In this document: positions 1-9,759 of the stretch, in pieces
Position numbering within the stretch: position 1 is the first letter of the stretch
Layout of the letters: the number at the start of each line of letters is the position of its first letter
Assembly: GCA_944376445.1 (NCBI GenBank)
Contig: CALWCR010000131.1
Span: forward strand, 1-56,066
Source: an uncultured Clostridia bacterium
GTDB taxonomy: Bacteria > Bacillota > Clostridia > Christensenellales > Borkfalkiaceae
Reading direction: 5' to 3'
Length of the DNA stretch: 56,066 nt
Translations under genes and position numbers: made by a program
Notes under the pieces: model-generated
What the model was told of the DNA's origin: nothing
The model's database searches: none
Seen by the model: only the letters and a program-made list of their open reading frames with translations

Positions 1-3000
1 AAGTTCGCTGCACGCACCTCCGTTTTTGAAGAACACATATCCCGTGGAGTTCAGCGCGCCGCTTTCCGCCTCGCCCGTGACGGCTCCTGCCCATTTTTCG
101 GTATACGGCCTCGTTTCATAGCCGCCCGCCGCAATTTCGGGAGAAGTGAAGGTTATACAGTCATTTGCCGACGCGCCCTTTTTGAAATCGGTCACCGTCT
201 GGCCGTTATTTCCCGCAGCCGCCGAAGAATAGTGTTCCCAATAATACGTGCCGAGCGTATCGAGGTTTGCGGTATTGCTGTCCGCGGTATACACCGCGCC
301 GCTGACAAACGTATCGATGCCCGTATCCGTCGTGCCGAACTTAAGCTCGCCGTCGACGGTTGCCGTCCAGCCTTCGATGCCGGTTGAGAACATACGCAGC
401 AGTTCGACCTTTTCGATCGATTCGGTAAGCGGGAACGGGCTCTTCCATGTGCCGAGGCTGAGCCACTCCGTCTCGCTCGTCATCGCATAGACCGCGATGT
501 TGCCATCGTTTGCCATCGAAACGCTGACGGTGATGCCGTTCTTTTCTTTGACGTAATCGATGAGTGCGGTGTTGCCGGTAAAGGCGTATTCGTTTCTAAC
601 GCTATTTTCTGCGCCTTCTTGGAATATCTTGACGAGCCAACCGTTGCCCTGCCAGATATAGAAGCAGACGCGGAATTGATAGCCGCTCTTTGTCGTAAAG
701 CGCAGCGCCGAGGCAAAGCTCTTGCTGCCGATATCTTTGAGCGAGCCTGCGCCGCCCGTACCCAGGAAGCCTTCAAATACCAGCCCGTCTGCCGACGCGC
801 CCAGCGCTTCCGCGAGGACCACGCCGCTCTCCGTTTCACTCACGCCTGCGAGCGCATACTTGCGGTTCGCGCCGTAGTTGTCGGCGGTGATATTGACCGT
901 CGTCTGCGCACTGCCCTCTGCAAAGGTCACTTCCTGTTCAAGCACGGTATACCCGTCCGAAATAGACGTGACGATGACCGTATATTCGCCGTAAGGAAGT
1001 TCCGCTACCGTCCATTCGTCCCCTTCGCCTTTTTCCGCCGTATACTGCATGGTGCCGTTGGAGAGCACGACTTGCAGATCGTCCGCCGCGCCCGTGAGCG
1101 ATCCGTCTATGGTCAGTCCGACCGTATACGCACCGCCCTCTGTAAACACGGCTTCCAGAGTGCACGCATTGCTTGCGGGGGTAAAGGTATAGGAGTAAAC
1201 GCCGTCTCCTTCGGGCGTACACTGCACGGCTTCCCCATTCACTTTGAGCGAAGACAGCAGATAGCCTTCATTCGGCCTCAGGGTCACCGTGACCGTGCCG
1301 CCGAGGTTGGCGCTCGTCACTTCCACGTTGCCGTTTTCGGCAGTCTCGCCGCCGGTGACGGATACGGGGATATCCGTTTCCGTCGTGCCGAAGCTGAGCG
1401 TGCCGTCGACGGTTGCCGTCTGGGTATCGTTGTGCATTTTCAGAACTTCGACCTTTTCGATCGATTCGGTGAGCGGGAACGGGCTCTTCCACGGTTCGCT
1501 GATGGTTACCCAATCCTGCGCGCTTTGCATTGCATAGACGGTGAGCGTACCGTCCGTAGCCGCCGCGATCGCTACCGTGATGCCGTTCTGCGCCTTCACA
1601 TAATCGATCATCGCCGTGTTGCCGGTAAATGCAAATTCGTGGGCATATGTCGCGCCGCTCTTCTCTTTATTCTCTTCGAATGCTTTTATCACCCAATATT
1701 TGCCGTTCCAAATATAGAAGCACAGGCGGAACTGATACTCGCTCTCCGTTGTGAAGCGCAGTGCCGTTACATAATTCGCGCTTCCGATATTGGCGACAAA
1801 ATTTTCTTCCTTGACGCCGAGGAAGCCTTGGAATACAAAGCCTTCTTCCGCCGCGCCGAGGTTCTCCGCGATGACGGTACCAACATCACGCGATGCCGTG
1901 TCCTCTCCGTTCAGCGCGTACACGCGGTTTTTACCGTAGTTGTCGGCGGTGATATCGACCGTCGTCTGCGCGCTGCCCTCTGCAAAGGTCACTTCCTGTT
2001 CAAGCACGGTATACCCGCCCGAAATAGACGTGACGATGACCGTATATTCGCCGTAAGGGATGCTCTCCGTCGTCCAGACGTCGCCCGCGCCCTTTGTTGC
2101 GGCATACTGCGTAGAACCGTTCGTCAGCACGATTTGCAGATCGTCCGCCGCACTAAGCCCGTCGGCGATATTCGCATTGACGGTATACGCGCCGCCCGAC
2201 TGTTCAAACACGGCTTCCAAAGTGCACACGCTGCTTGCGGGGGTAAAGGTATAGGTGTATACGCCGCCGTCTTCGGGCGTGCACGTAACAGGCGTTCCGT
2301 CTACGCTCAGCGAAGAGAATGCGTACCCATCATTCGGCGTGAGCGTAACGGTGACGCTGCCGCCGAGATTGGCGCTCGTCACTTTCACGCTGCCGTTTTC
2401 GGCAGCTTCGCCGCCGGTGACGGATACGGGAATACCCGTATCCGTCGTGCCGAACTTAAGCTCGCCGCCGACAAGTTTCGCGCCTGCCTGATCTTTGTTA
2501 TCGTTCGGGTTATGGAAGGTCACGCTATTTATCGCATTCGTCGCGAAGGAGATACCGCTGTTCCATTCCGTCTGCCCGTTGGAGCAATCGCCGTCATGTC
2601 CGATATGCAGCTGTACCCACGTATCGTCGCTCGATTGCGCATACACGCGGAAGACGCCGCCGTCCATGACAATGGCAAACTGCACGCCCTTCTCTTGGAC
2701 CATCTTTTCGTACACGCCGGGAGCGCAGGACTGCGTCGTTCTGAACTCAATATTGGCGCCGTTGTACGAGAATTTGATCTGTTGGGTATCGTTGGACCAT
2801 GTGATGAACTGGATACTGACCTTTTTGCCGTCCGCAAGGTTCAGCGCCGTTTCCGCATTGAACTCAAGCGAGTCGTCGATCGGGGTCGTTGCGCTCCGCA
2901 TACCAAGAAAGCCCGTAAAGACGAATTTATCCGTCGCGCCCAGCTCTTCCGCGAGGACCACGCCGCTCTCCGTTTCGCTCACGCCCTCGAGCGTATACTT

Positions 3001-6000
3001 GCGGTTCGCGCCGTAGCTGTCCGCGTCGACGGTGAGGGTGACGCTTTCATTGCCCTCCGCAAAGGCGATCTCCTCTTTGAGGACGAGATAGCCGCCGCTT
3101 TCGGAACGGATGTATGCCACATAGTCGCCGTACAGGATGTTTTCCGCCGTCCAGGACAACTCTTCGCCCGCCGTCAATCCGATCTCGCTGCCCGCGGCGC
3201 TTTGCAGGGTGAGGACGAGATCGTCCTCATTCCCCGCGATCGCCGTCGCGTCGACGTTGATCGTCAGATTGTACACCTTTGCAAAGGCGATTGTGACTTC
3301 ATACTTGCTCTTTTGCGCCGTGAAGGAGTAGGTATAAACGCCGTCCTGTTCCTGCCAGGAAACGTCCTTGCCGTCCACTTTCAGGCTGCTGAGCGCATAT
3401 CCCGCATTTGGCGTGACCTTGATAGTGACGAGGCTGCCGATGGCGGCGTCTTCGGTCACTTCCGCTTTGCCGTTTGCGAGCGCTTCGCCGCCGTTGACGA
3501 TGACCGTAACGGGCAAATCGACGATGCTCGAGCCGAACCTGAGTTCACCGTCGGCGGTAGCCGTCCAGCCTTCGATGCCGTCTTTGAACATACGCAGCAG
3601 TTCGACCTTTTCGATCGATTCGGTGAGCGGGAACGGGCTCTTCCATGTGCCGAGGCTGAGCCACTCCGTCTCGCTCGTCATCGCATAGACGGTGATATTG
3701 CCGTCCTTTGCCATCGAAACGCTGACGGTGATGCCGTTCTTTTCTTTGACGTAATCGATGAGCGCGGTGTTGTCCGTAAAGGCGAATTCGTTGCTGAATC
3801 CGCTCTTATTTTCCTTACCTTCTTCAAAGGCCTTGACGAGCCAGTACTTGCCGTTCCAGATATAGAAGCAGACGCGGAATTGATAGCCGCTCTTTGTCGT
3901 AAAGCGCAGCGCCGAGGCAAAGTTCTTGCTGCCGATGTCTTTGAGCGAGCCTTCGCCGCCCGTGCCCAAAAAGCCTTCAAACACCAGCCCGTTTGCCGAC
4001 GCGCCCAGCGCTTCCGCGAGGACTATGCCGCTCTCCGTTTCGCTCTCGCCCTCGAGCGTATACTTGCGGTTCGCACCGTAGTTGTCCGCCGTGACGGTGA
4101 GCGCTGCCGTATCCTTGCCTTCGGCAAATTCTGCCTGCTGCAAAAGCACGGTGTAGCCGCCGTCGGACGCGGCCGTGAGTTTGATGGTGTAATTGCCGTA
4201 AGCGAGGCCTTCCACCGTCCAGACGTTCCCCTCACCTTTGACGGCAGTCTTGCTGATGGAAGCGTTGTACATGGTGACGGTAAAGTCGGACGCATCCGCC
4301 CCGTCCGGCAGCTCCACCGTGACGGTGAACGTGCCCGCGACCTTGACGAAGGTCGCTTTGACCACGGTATTTTCGCGCCATGCCTTGAAGGTATAGGTAT
4401 AGACGCCGTTTTCTTCCGCGCAGCTGACTTCATCGCCGTCCACAGTCAATGCAGCGAGGATGTAGTTCTCGGCGGGCGTGACGGTGAGGGTGATCTCCTG
4501 CCCGAGGTTGGCGGACGTAGCCTGCAGGCTGCCGCCTTCGCTTTCGTCCGTGCCCGTAACGTTCACGGCAATGCCCGTATCCGTCGTGCCGAGCCGCAGG
4601 ACGGCGTCCGTAAGGACGGCGCCCCCCTTCTCGCTGCCGTTGTCGGTCCCGTTTTTGAAGGTGATCCTGTCGATCTTCTTGTCAAACGGCGCGCCGCTTG
4701 CCCATTCGGTAATCTGATCGGAGCACTCGCCGCCGTTATGCCATTTGTGCAGCTGCACCCATTCGCCGCCCGTCGACTGCGCATACGCCGTAAACGTACC
4801 GCCGTCCATGACGATCGTAAAGTGCACGCCGCGGTCTTCGACCATCTTTTCATACAGCCCGCCGCAGTTGGGCAGCAGCGAGAAGCTGAAATCCTTACCG
4901 TATTCGAATTTGAGTTCATACGTACCGCTCCAGATGATGAACTGGATGCCGATGCGCTGACCGTCTTCAAAGTAGAGATTGGTCTCAGCAATGTAGTTGA
5001 GCCCTGCATCGGCGGGCGACGTTTCATCCCCGCGCATACCCATGAAGCCCGAATATACGAATTTGTTGACAGTGCCGAGCTCTTCCGCCAGCAGCTGTTC
5101 CTGCCCATAATCGATCGAAGCCGACCAGTTATATTCGCGGTTCGCACCGTAGCTGTCCGCGTCGACGGTGAGGGTGACGCTTTCATTGCCCTCCGCAAAG
5201 GCGATCTCCTCTTTGAGGATGAGATAGCCGCCGCTTACGGAACGGATATACGCCACATAATCGCCGTAAGAAATATCCTGCGCCGTCCAGGTCATGCCGT
5301 CGTTGGTAAGCGCGACGCTGCCGCCCGCGGCTTTTTCGAGGGTCAAGGTAAGATCGCTTTCATGCCCCGAAACCGCAGCCGCGTCGATCGTAAGCGTCAA
5401 ATCTTTCAATTCGCCGAAGGCGATTGTGACTTCATGCTTGCTCTTTTGCGCCGTGAAGGAGTAGGTATAAACGCCGTCCTGTTCCTGCCAGGAAACGTCC
5501 TGCCCGTCCACTTTCAGGCTGCTGAGCGCATATCCCGCATCCGGCGTGACCTTAATAGTGACAAGGCTGCCTATGGCGGCGTCTTCGGTCACTTCCGCTT
5601 TGCCGTTTGCGAGCGCTTCGCCGCCGTTGACGGTGACCGTAACGGGCAGATCGACGATGCTCGAGCCGAACTTAAGCTCGCCGTCGACCGTAGCCGTCCA
5701 GCCTTCGATGCCGTCTTTGAACATACGCAGCAGTTCGACCTTTTCGATCGATTCGGTGAGCGGGAACGGGCTCTTCCATGTGCCGAGGCTGAGCCATTCC
5801 GTCTCGCTCGTCATCGCATAGACGGTGATGTTGCCGTCTTTTGCCATCGAAACGCTGACGGTGATGCCGTTCTTTTCTTTGACGTAATCGATGAGCGCGG
5901 TGTTGTCCGTAAAGGCGTATTCGTTGCTGAATCCGCCGACATTTTCCTTATCTTCTTCAAAGGCCTTGACGAGCCAGTACTTGCCGTTCCAGATATAGAA

Positions 6001-9000
6001 GCAGACGCGGAATTGATAGCCGCTCTTTGTCGTAAAGCGCAGCGCCGAAGCAAAGTTCTTGCTGCCGATATCTTTGAGCGAGCCTTCGCCGCCCGTGCCC
6101 AGGAAACCTTCAAACACCAGCCCGTTTGCCGACGCGCCCAGCCCTTCCGCGAGGACCACGCCGCTCTCCGTTTCGCTCTCGCCTGCAAGCGCATACTTGC
6201 GGTTCGCGCCGTAGTTATCCGCCGTGACGGTGAGCGTAATGTTTTCGTGCGCCGCGTCAAAGGCGATCTCTTCTTTGAGGACGAGATAGCCGCCCGCCTC
6301 GGAGGTGACGACCGCCGTATACTCGCCGTAAGGGACTGTCTCCGCCGTCCAGGTCATGCCGTCGTTGGTAAGCGTGAGCGCTTCATTGTTGGCATTGTAC
6401 ACGCTGAGGAGCAAGTCTCCTTCCGTGACGGAAACGCCGTCCGCCTGCACGGTGACTTTCAGATCTTTCAATTCGCCAAAGACGATTGTGACTTCGTACT
6501 TGCTCTTTAACGCCGTAAAGGAATAGGTATAAACGCCGTCCTGTTCCTGCCAGGAAACATTCTCCCCGTCCACTTTCAGACTGCTGAGCTCGTAGTTTTC
6601 CGCGGGTTTTAAGGTGATGGTGACGTTATCGCCGATGGCGGCGTCTTTGGTCGCCTCCACGCTGCCGCCCGACACCGCTTCGCCGCCGTTGACGATGACC
6701 GAAACGGGCAGATCGACGATGCTCGAGCCGAACTTAAGCTCGCCGTCGACGGTAGCCGTCCAGTTTTCGATGCCGCTTGAGAACATACGCAGCACTTCGA
6801 CCTTTTCGATCGATTCGGTGAGCGGGAACGGGCTCTTCCATGTGCCGATATAGAGCCACTCCGTCTCGCTCGTCATCGCATAGACCGCGATGTTGCCATC
6901 GTTCGCCATCGAAACGCTGACGGTGATGCCGTTCTTTGCTTTGATATAATCGATGAGCGCGGTGTTGCCCGTAAAGCCGAATTCGTTGCTGAATCCGCTC
7001 GCATTTTCCTTACCTTCTTCAAAGACCTTGACGAGCCAGTACTGACCGTTCCAGATATAGAAGCAGACGCGGAAGCTGTAACCGCTCTTCGTCGTAAAGC
7101 GCAGCGCAGAGGCAAAGTTCTTGCTGCCGATGTCTTTGAGCGAGCCTTCGCCGCCCGTACCCAGGAAGCCTTCAAACACCAGCCCGTTTGCCGACGCGCC
7201 CGGCTCTTCCGCGAGGACCACGCCACCTTCCGAAATGGCGGAATCTTTCAGCGTGTACTTGCGGTTTGCGCCATAGTTATCCGCCGTGACGGCAAAGGAT
7301 GCGGACGCGTTGTCTTCACTGAAGAGAACAGACTCGCGGAGCACGACATAGCCGCCGCTCTTTGCGCGGACGGTGATCATATATCTGCCGAACGAGAGCC
7401 CTTTGACCGACCAGACGTTCCCTTCGCCCTTGGCTGCCTGCACCGTGGCGGCAGAAGAGGCAAGGGTGACTTCAAGATCGTCCGCCGCGCCTTCGGGCGC
7501 GCCGTCTGTGTTCAGGGTGAGGGTGAAATCGCCGTCCACCTTCTTGAACGCCGCTTCCAGCGCATAATTTTGCTTGGCGGCGGTGAAGGTATATACATAA
7601 GCGTCGCCCTCTTTTGTGCAGCTGACCGCCGTGCCGTCCAGCGTGAGCGACTGCACGCCGTAATTTGCATCGGGCGTGAGTTTGACGGTGACGGTATCGC
7701 CCATGACGATGCCGGAAGTGATCTCTATCTTGCCGCCCGCGATGACGGTGCCCCCTTCTTGAGGCACTTCGCCGTTAACGGTGACGGAAACGGGCAGATC
7801 GACCCTGGAAGTGCCGACGGTCAGGGCGCCGTCTTTGAGCGTCGCGATATGCGCCGCATCGCCGTCGTCCTGCTTGCCGAATTCGATGGAGACGACCTTC
7901 TTGTCGATGGGGAAGGTCACACTGCCGCCGGGCGTGAGCTGCGTCCATTCATTTTCGCTGCGGCGGATATAGACGGAGATCTCCCCTTGCGCATCGACCG
8001 CATAGCGGAAATAGATGCCCTTTTGCTGTTTGAAGTAATCGACCGCAACGCTGTCCCCTTCAAAGTGGTATTCGACCCCCTCGCATTTGAGCATCAGATA
8101 GCCTCCCCATTTGGTGAAACGGAACCCGAAACGCTCATCCGCGGCTTTGTCGGTGACAAAGTAGACGGTATTGGTGAAATTGGTCAGATCGTCGTAATTC
8201 GCGCCTTCAAAGCCGAAGAAGCCGCTGAATACGAACCCGCCCGCGAGAGAACCCACTTCACTGTAGATCTCCCTATAGGTGCTGGAGATATTTTCTTTGC
8301 CTTCCAGCGGGATGGCGTTCTCCGCAAAGACGATGTCTTTATTTTCTTCGGGAGAGAAGAAAACATAGTTGAGCATCCCCCTGTACGCGAGATCCCCGAC
8401 GGCAACTTCATAGAAGCCCGCCGTGAGCCCTTCGACCGTCAAGACGCCCTTATCGTCGCTCGTACCCGTTTTGACGGTCTCGCCCCGCGTGAAAGTGACT
8501 TGGGTGTTTTTGAGCGGATTGTCCTTATCCGCGCCGTAAACGTTGGCGACCAGCGTCTTTTCCCCTTCGGAAAGGGGTGCGAACACCGCCTCCGCCGTGA
8601 TGTCGCCCGTCACGGCGCTTTCGGGAATGCGGATATACGCCTTCTGCAGGCTCTTCCCCGTTGCAGCGCCCTGCGGCGTGTACATATCGTAATGGATATA
8701 ATCGCCGGGAACGGCGACGCCGTTGACGCGGAATTCTTTCAGGGCATACCCCTCGTCCGCCTTGGTGACGAAGGTGAGGGAGCTGTTTTTGGCAGCTTTG
8801 TCATAGCCCATCCACTCCTGCACGGCGCCGTTTTGCGCCTCTTTGACGGTGACGTCATAGGCGACGAAGCCGTTTTTGTTGAAATGGAACCAGCCCTGCG
8901 GGTCAGACCATTCGCCGTCGTCGAGGCGGCCGCTGATCATGTACCACTCGCGGGAGGTACCTAAATTCCCCGTGTAGTCGTTGGCGGTGATGATGCCGGG

Positions 9001-9747
9001 GCCGATGACGAGGTCGCCGCCCTCTTTCATCCCTTCGGAGGTGCCTTCGCCGCCCACTTCGTCAAAATATCCCCACGGGATGAACAGCTCGAAGGTAAAT
9101 TCCGTCCTGTCCGCGTTTTCGTCGGTGCGCGTGCCGTTGCCCGTGAGTCCGACATACGGCATATTGGCGGGGTCCACCGTGCCGTACGGAGCCATCCATA
9201 TGTCGCCCTGCGTCTTGGCGACGGTGAGCGCGCCGTTGGCGTTGACGGTAAGGCGGCTGATCGTTTCGTCGCCCGTCATCGTCTTGGAAGCGGGGATGCC
9301 GATATGCAGCTCCACGCCGCTGTTGCGGTAGGATCTGCGCGAAGGGTTCACATAGCAGACTTTGTTTGCCTGCTCTTTGAACGAATAGGCGATATATACG
9401 CCGTTTTCGCCGTAATATGTGCCCATCTTGACCCGCGCCGCCTTTTCCGACTGTTCGGAAATGACGTCGAGATCGTAATAGACGCCCGTGCCGTCGTCGG
9501 TATAGTAAGGGCGGAGCACCGTCCCTTCCAGCCAGCTCACCGAGCTGTACGCCGCCTCGTCGAGCACGCCGTCGATCTTGAAGCCCTCGTCGGGATCTGC
9601 AAGTTCGCCGTCCGGCCGCCCGTCTTCAAAGGTGTATTCCTCATCGGGCGTACCGCCGCCCGTGCCCGTATTGCAGGCGACAAACAGCCCGACGGACAGA
9701 AGAAGGACGAGGACCAGAAGCAGTATCGAAATTCTTCTCTTTTTCAT
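1..9747 (-). CDS. Giant modular surface lipoprotein, >=3249 aa, 3' end outside the window: N-terminal DOMON/CBM9-like domain, about 8 tandem ~355-aa modules (putative lectin-like beta-sandwich, InlB-B/Flg_new-like domain, carboxypeptidase-regulatory-like domain), then a different domain
   Basis: ATG at 9747 after a purine-rich RBS. Hand translation gives MKKRRISILLLVLVLLLSVGLFVAC (lipobox) then ...FKIDGVLDEAAYSSVSWL..., and the frame still reads open at position 1 (...GYVFFKNGGACSEL). Its absence from the ORF track fits no in-frame stop inside the window. The + strand ORFs 619..6510 and 7570..8964 are its in-register antisense shadows. Confidence 0.92.
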   Translation of the reverse strand, partial: MKKRRISILLLVLVLLLSVGLFVACNTGTGGGTPDEEYTFEDGRPDGELADPDEGFKIDGVLDEAAYSSVSWLEGTVLRPYYTDDGTGVYYDLDVISEQSEKAARVKMGTYYGENGVYIAYSFKEQANKVCYVNPSRRSYRNSGVELHIGIPASKTMTGDETISRLTVNANGALTVAKTQGDIWMAPYGTVDPANMPYVGLTGNGTRTDENADRTEFTFELFIPWGYFDEVGGEGTSEGMKEGGDLVIGPGIITANDYTGNLGTSREWYMISGRLDDGEWSDPQGWFHFNKNGFVAYDVTVKEAQNGAVQEWMGYDKAAKNSSLTFVTKADEGYALKEFRVNGVAVPGDYIHYDMYTPQGAATGKSLQKAYIRIPESAVTGDITAEAVFAPLSEGEKTLVANVYGADKDNPLKNTQVTFTRGETVKTGTSDDKGVLTVEGLTAGFYEVAVGDLAYRGMLNYVFFSPEENKDIVFAENAIPLEGKENISSTYREIYSEVGSLAGGFVFSGFFGFEGANYDDLTNFTNTVYFVTDKAADERFGFRFTKWGGYLMLKCEGVEYHFEGDSVAVDYFKQQKGIYFRYAVDAQGEISVYIRRSENEWTQLTPGGSVTFPIDKKVVSIEFGKQDDGDAAHIATLKDGALTVGTSRVDLPVSVTVNGEVPQEGGTVIAGGKIEITSGIVMGDTVTVKLTPDANYGVQSLTLDGTAVSCTKEGDAYVYTFTAAKQNYALEAAFKKVDGDFTLTLNTDGAPEGAADDLEVTLASSAATVQAAKGEGNVWSVKGLSFGRYMITVRAKSGGYVVLRESVLFSEDNASASFAVTADNYGANRKYTLKDSAISEGGVVLAEEPGASANGLVFEGFLGTGGEGSLKDIGSKNFASALRFTTKSGYSFRVCFYIWNGQYWLVKVFEEGKENASGFSNEFGFTGNTALIDYIKAKNGITVSVSMANDGNIAVYAMTSETEWLYIGTWKSPFPLTESIEKVEVLRMFSSGIENWTATVDGELKFGSSIVDLPVSVIVNGGEAVSGGSVEATKDAAIGDNVTITLKPAENYELSSLKVDGENVSWQEQDGVYTYSFTALKSKYEVTIVFGELKDLKVTVQADGVSVTEGDLLLSVYNANNEALTLTNDGMTWTAETVPYGEYTAVVTSEAGGYLVLKEEIAFDAAHENITLTVTADNYGANRKYALAGESETESGVVLAEGLGASANGLVFEGFLGTGGEGSLKDIGSKNFASALRFTTKSGYQFRVCFYIWNGKYWLVKAFEEDKENVGGFSNEYAFTDNTALIDYVKEKNGITVSVSMAKDGNITVYAMTSETEWLSLGTWKSPFPLTESIEKVELLRMFKDGIEGWTATVDGELKFGSSIVDLPVTVTVNGGEALANGKAEVTEDAAIGSLVTIKVTPDAGYALSSLKVDGQDVSWQEQDGVYTYSFTAQKSKHEVTIAFGELKDLTLTIDAAAVSGHESDLTLTLEKAAGGSVALTNDGMTWTAQDISYGDYVAYIRSVSGGYLILKEEIAFAEGNESVTLTVDADSYGANREYNWSASIDYGQEQLLAEELGTVNKFVYSGFMGMRGDETSPADAGLNYIAETNLYFEDGQRIGIQFIIWSGTYELKFEYGKDFSFSLLPNCGGLYEKMVEDRGVHFTIVMDGGTFTAYAQSTGGEWVQLHKWHNGGECSDQITEWASGAPFDKKIDRITFKNGTDNGSEKGGAVLTDAVLRLGTTDTGIAVNVTGTDESEGGSLQATSANLGQEITLTVTPAENYILAALTVDGDEVSCAEENGVYTYTFKAWRENTVVKATFVKVAGTFTVTVELPDGADASDFTVTMYNASISKTAVKGEGNVWTVEGLAYGNYTIKLTAASDGGYTVLLQQAEFAEGKDTAALTVTADNYGANRKYTLEGESETESGIVLAEALGASANGLVFEGFLGTGGEGSLKDIGSKNFASALRFTTKSGYQFRVCFYIWNGKYWLVKAFEEGKENKSGFSNEFAFTDNTALIDYVKEKNGITVSVSMAKDGNITVYAMTSETEWLSLGTWKSPFPLTESIEKVELLRMFKDGIEGWTATADGELRFGSSIVDLPVTVIVNGGEALANGKAEVTEDAAIGSLVTIKVTPNAGYALSSLKVDGKDVSWQEQDGVYTYSFTAQKSKYEVTIAFAKVYNLTINVDATAIAGNEDDLVLTLQSAAGSEIGLTAGEELSWTAENILYGDYVAYIRSESGGYLVLKEEIAFAEGNESVTLTVDADSYGANRKYTLEGVSETESGVVLAEELGATDKFVFTGFLGMRSATTPIDDSLEFNAETALNLADGKKVSIQFITWSNDTQQIKFSYNGANIEFRTTQSCAPGVYEKMVQEKGVQFAIVMDGGVFRVYAQSSDDTWVQLHIGHDGDCSNGQTEWNSGISFATNAINSVTFHNPNDNKDQAGAKLVGGELKFGTTDTGIPVSVTGGEAAENGSVKVTSANLGGSVTVTLTPNDGYAFSSLSVDGTPVTCTPEDGGVYTYTFTPASSVCTLEAVFEQSGGAYTVNANIADGLSAADDLQIVLTNGSTQYAATKGAGDVWTTESIPYGEYTVIVTSISGGYTVLEQEVTFAEGSAQTTVDITADNYGKNRVYALNGEDTASRDVGTVIAENLGAAEEGFVFQGFLGVKEENFVANIGSANYVTALRFTTESEYQFRLCFYIWNGKYWVIKAFEENKEKSGATYAHEFAFTGNTAMIDYVKAQNGITVAIAAATDGTLTVYAMQSAQDWVTISEPWKSPFPLTESIEKVEVLKMHNDTQTATVDGTLSFGTTETDIPVSVTGGETAENGNVEVTSANLGGTVTVTLRPNEGYLLSSLKVNGEAVQCTPEGDGVYSYTFTPASNACTLEAVFTEGGAYTVGLTIDGSLTGAADDLQVVLSNGTMQYTAEKGEGDEWTVAELPYGEYTVIVTSISDGYTVLEQEVTFAEGSAQTTVNITADNYGANRKYALAGVSETESGVVLAEALGASADGLVFEGFLGTGGAGSLKDIGSKSFASALRFTTKSGYQFRVCFYIWQGNGWLVKIFQEGAENSVRNEYAFTGNTALIDYVKEKNGITVSVSMANDGNIAVYAMTSETEWLSLGTWKSPFPLTESIEKVELLRMFSTGIEGWTATVDGELKFGTTDTGIDTFVSGAVYTADSNTANLDTLGTYYWEHYSSAAAGNNGQTVTDFKKGASANDCITFTSPEIAAGGYETRPYTEKWAGAVTGEAESGALNSTGYVFFKNGGACSEL
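335..7290 (-). repeat. Intragenic tandem module array, period 1062-1077 bp
   Basis: The anchor motif TAD(N/S)YGANRKY-like recurs with its last Tyr codon at 856, 1918, 2995, 4060, 5131, 6193 and 7255, all in one frame. Near-identical DNA blocks include ~3284-4085 vs ~5417-6218, ~872-996 vs ~1934-2058 and ~3001-3110 vs ~5137-5246. Confidence 0.95.
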
Positions 9748-9759
9748 ATTGTTCCCCCT

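Noticed and set aside
619-6510. 1963-aa + strand ORF (also 7570..8964 and 9304..12300)
   Set aside because: In-register antisense shadow of the giant lipoprotein and GH43; Arg-rich sequence with no motifs, expected from codon bias.
335-7290. Diversity-generating retroelement explanation for the near-identical repeats
   Set aside because: No reverse transcriptase in the window; all copies are in-frame coding modules; differences are not adenine-restricted and include indels.
335-8300. Cellulosomal scaffoldin (cohesin array)
   Set aside because: Modules do not resemble cohesins, and no dockerin Ca-binding repeats were seen in neighbouring enzymes.
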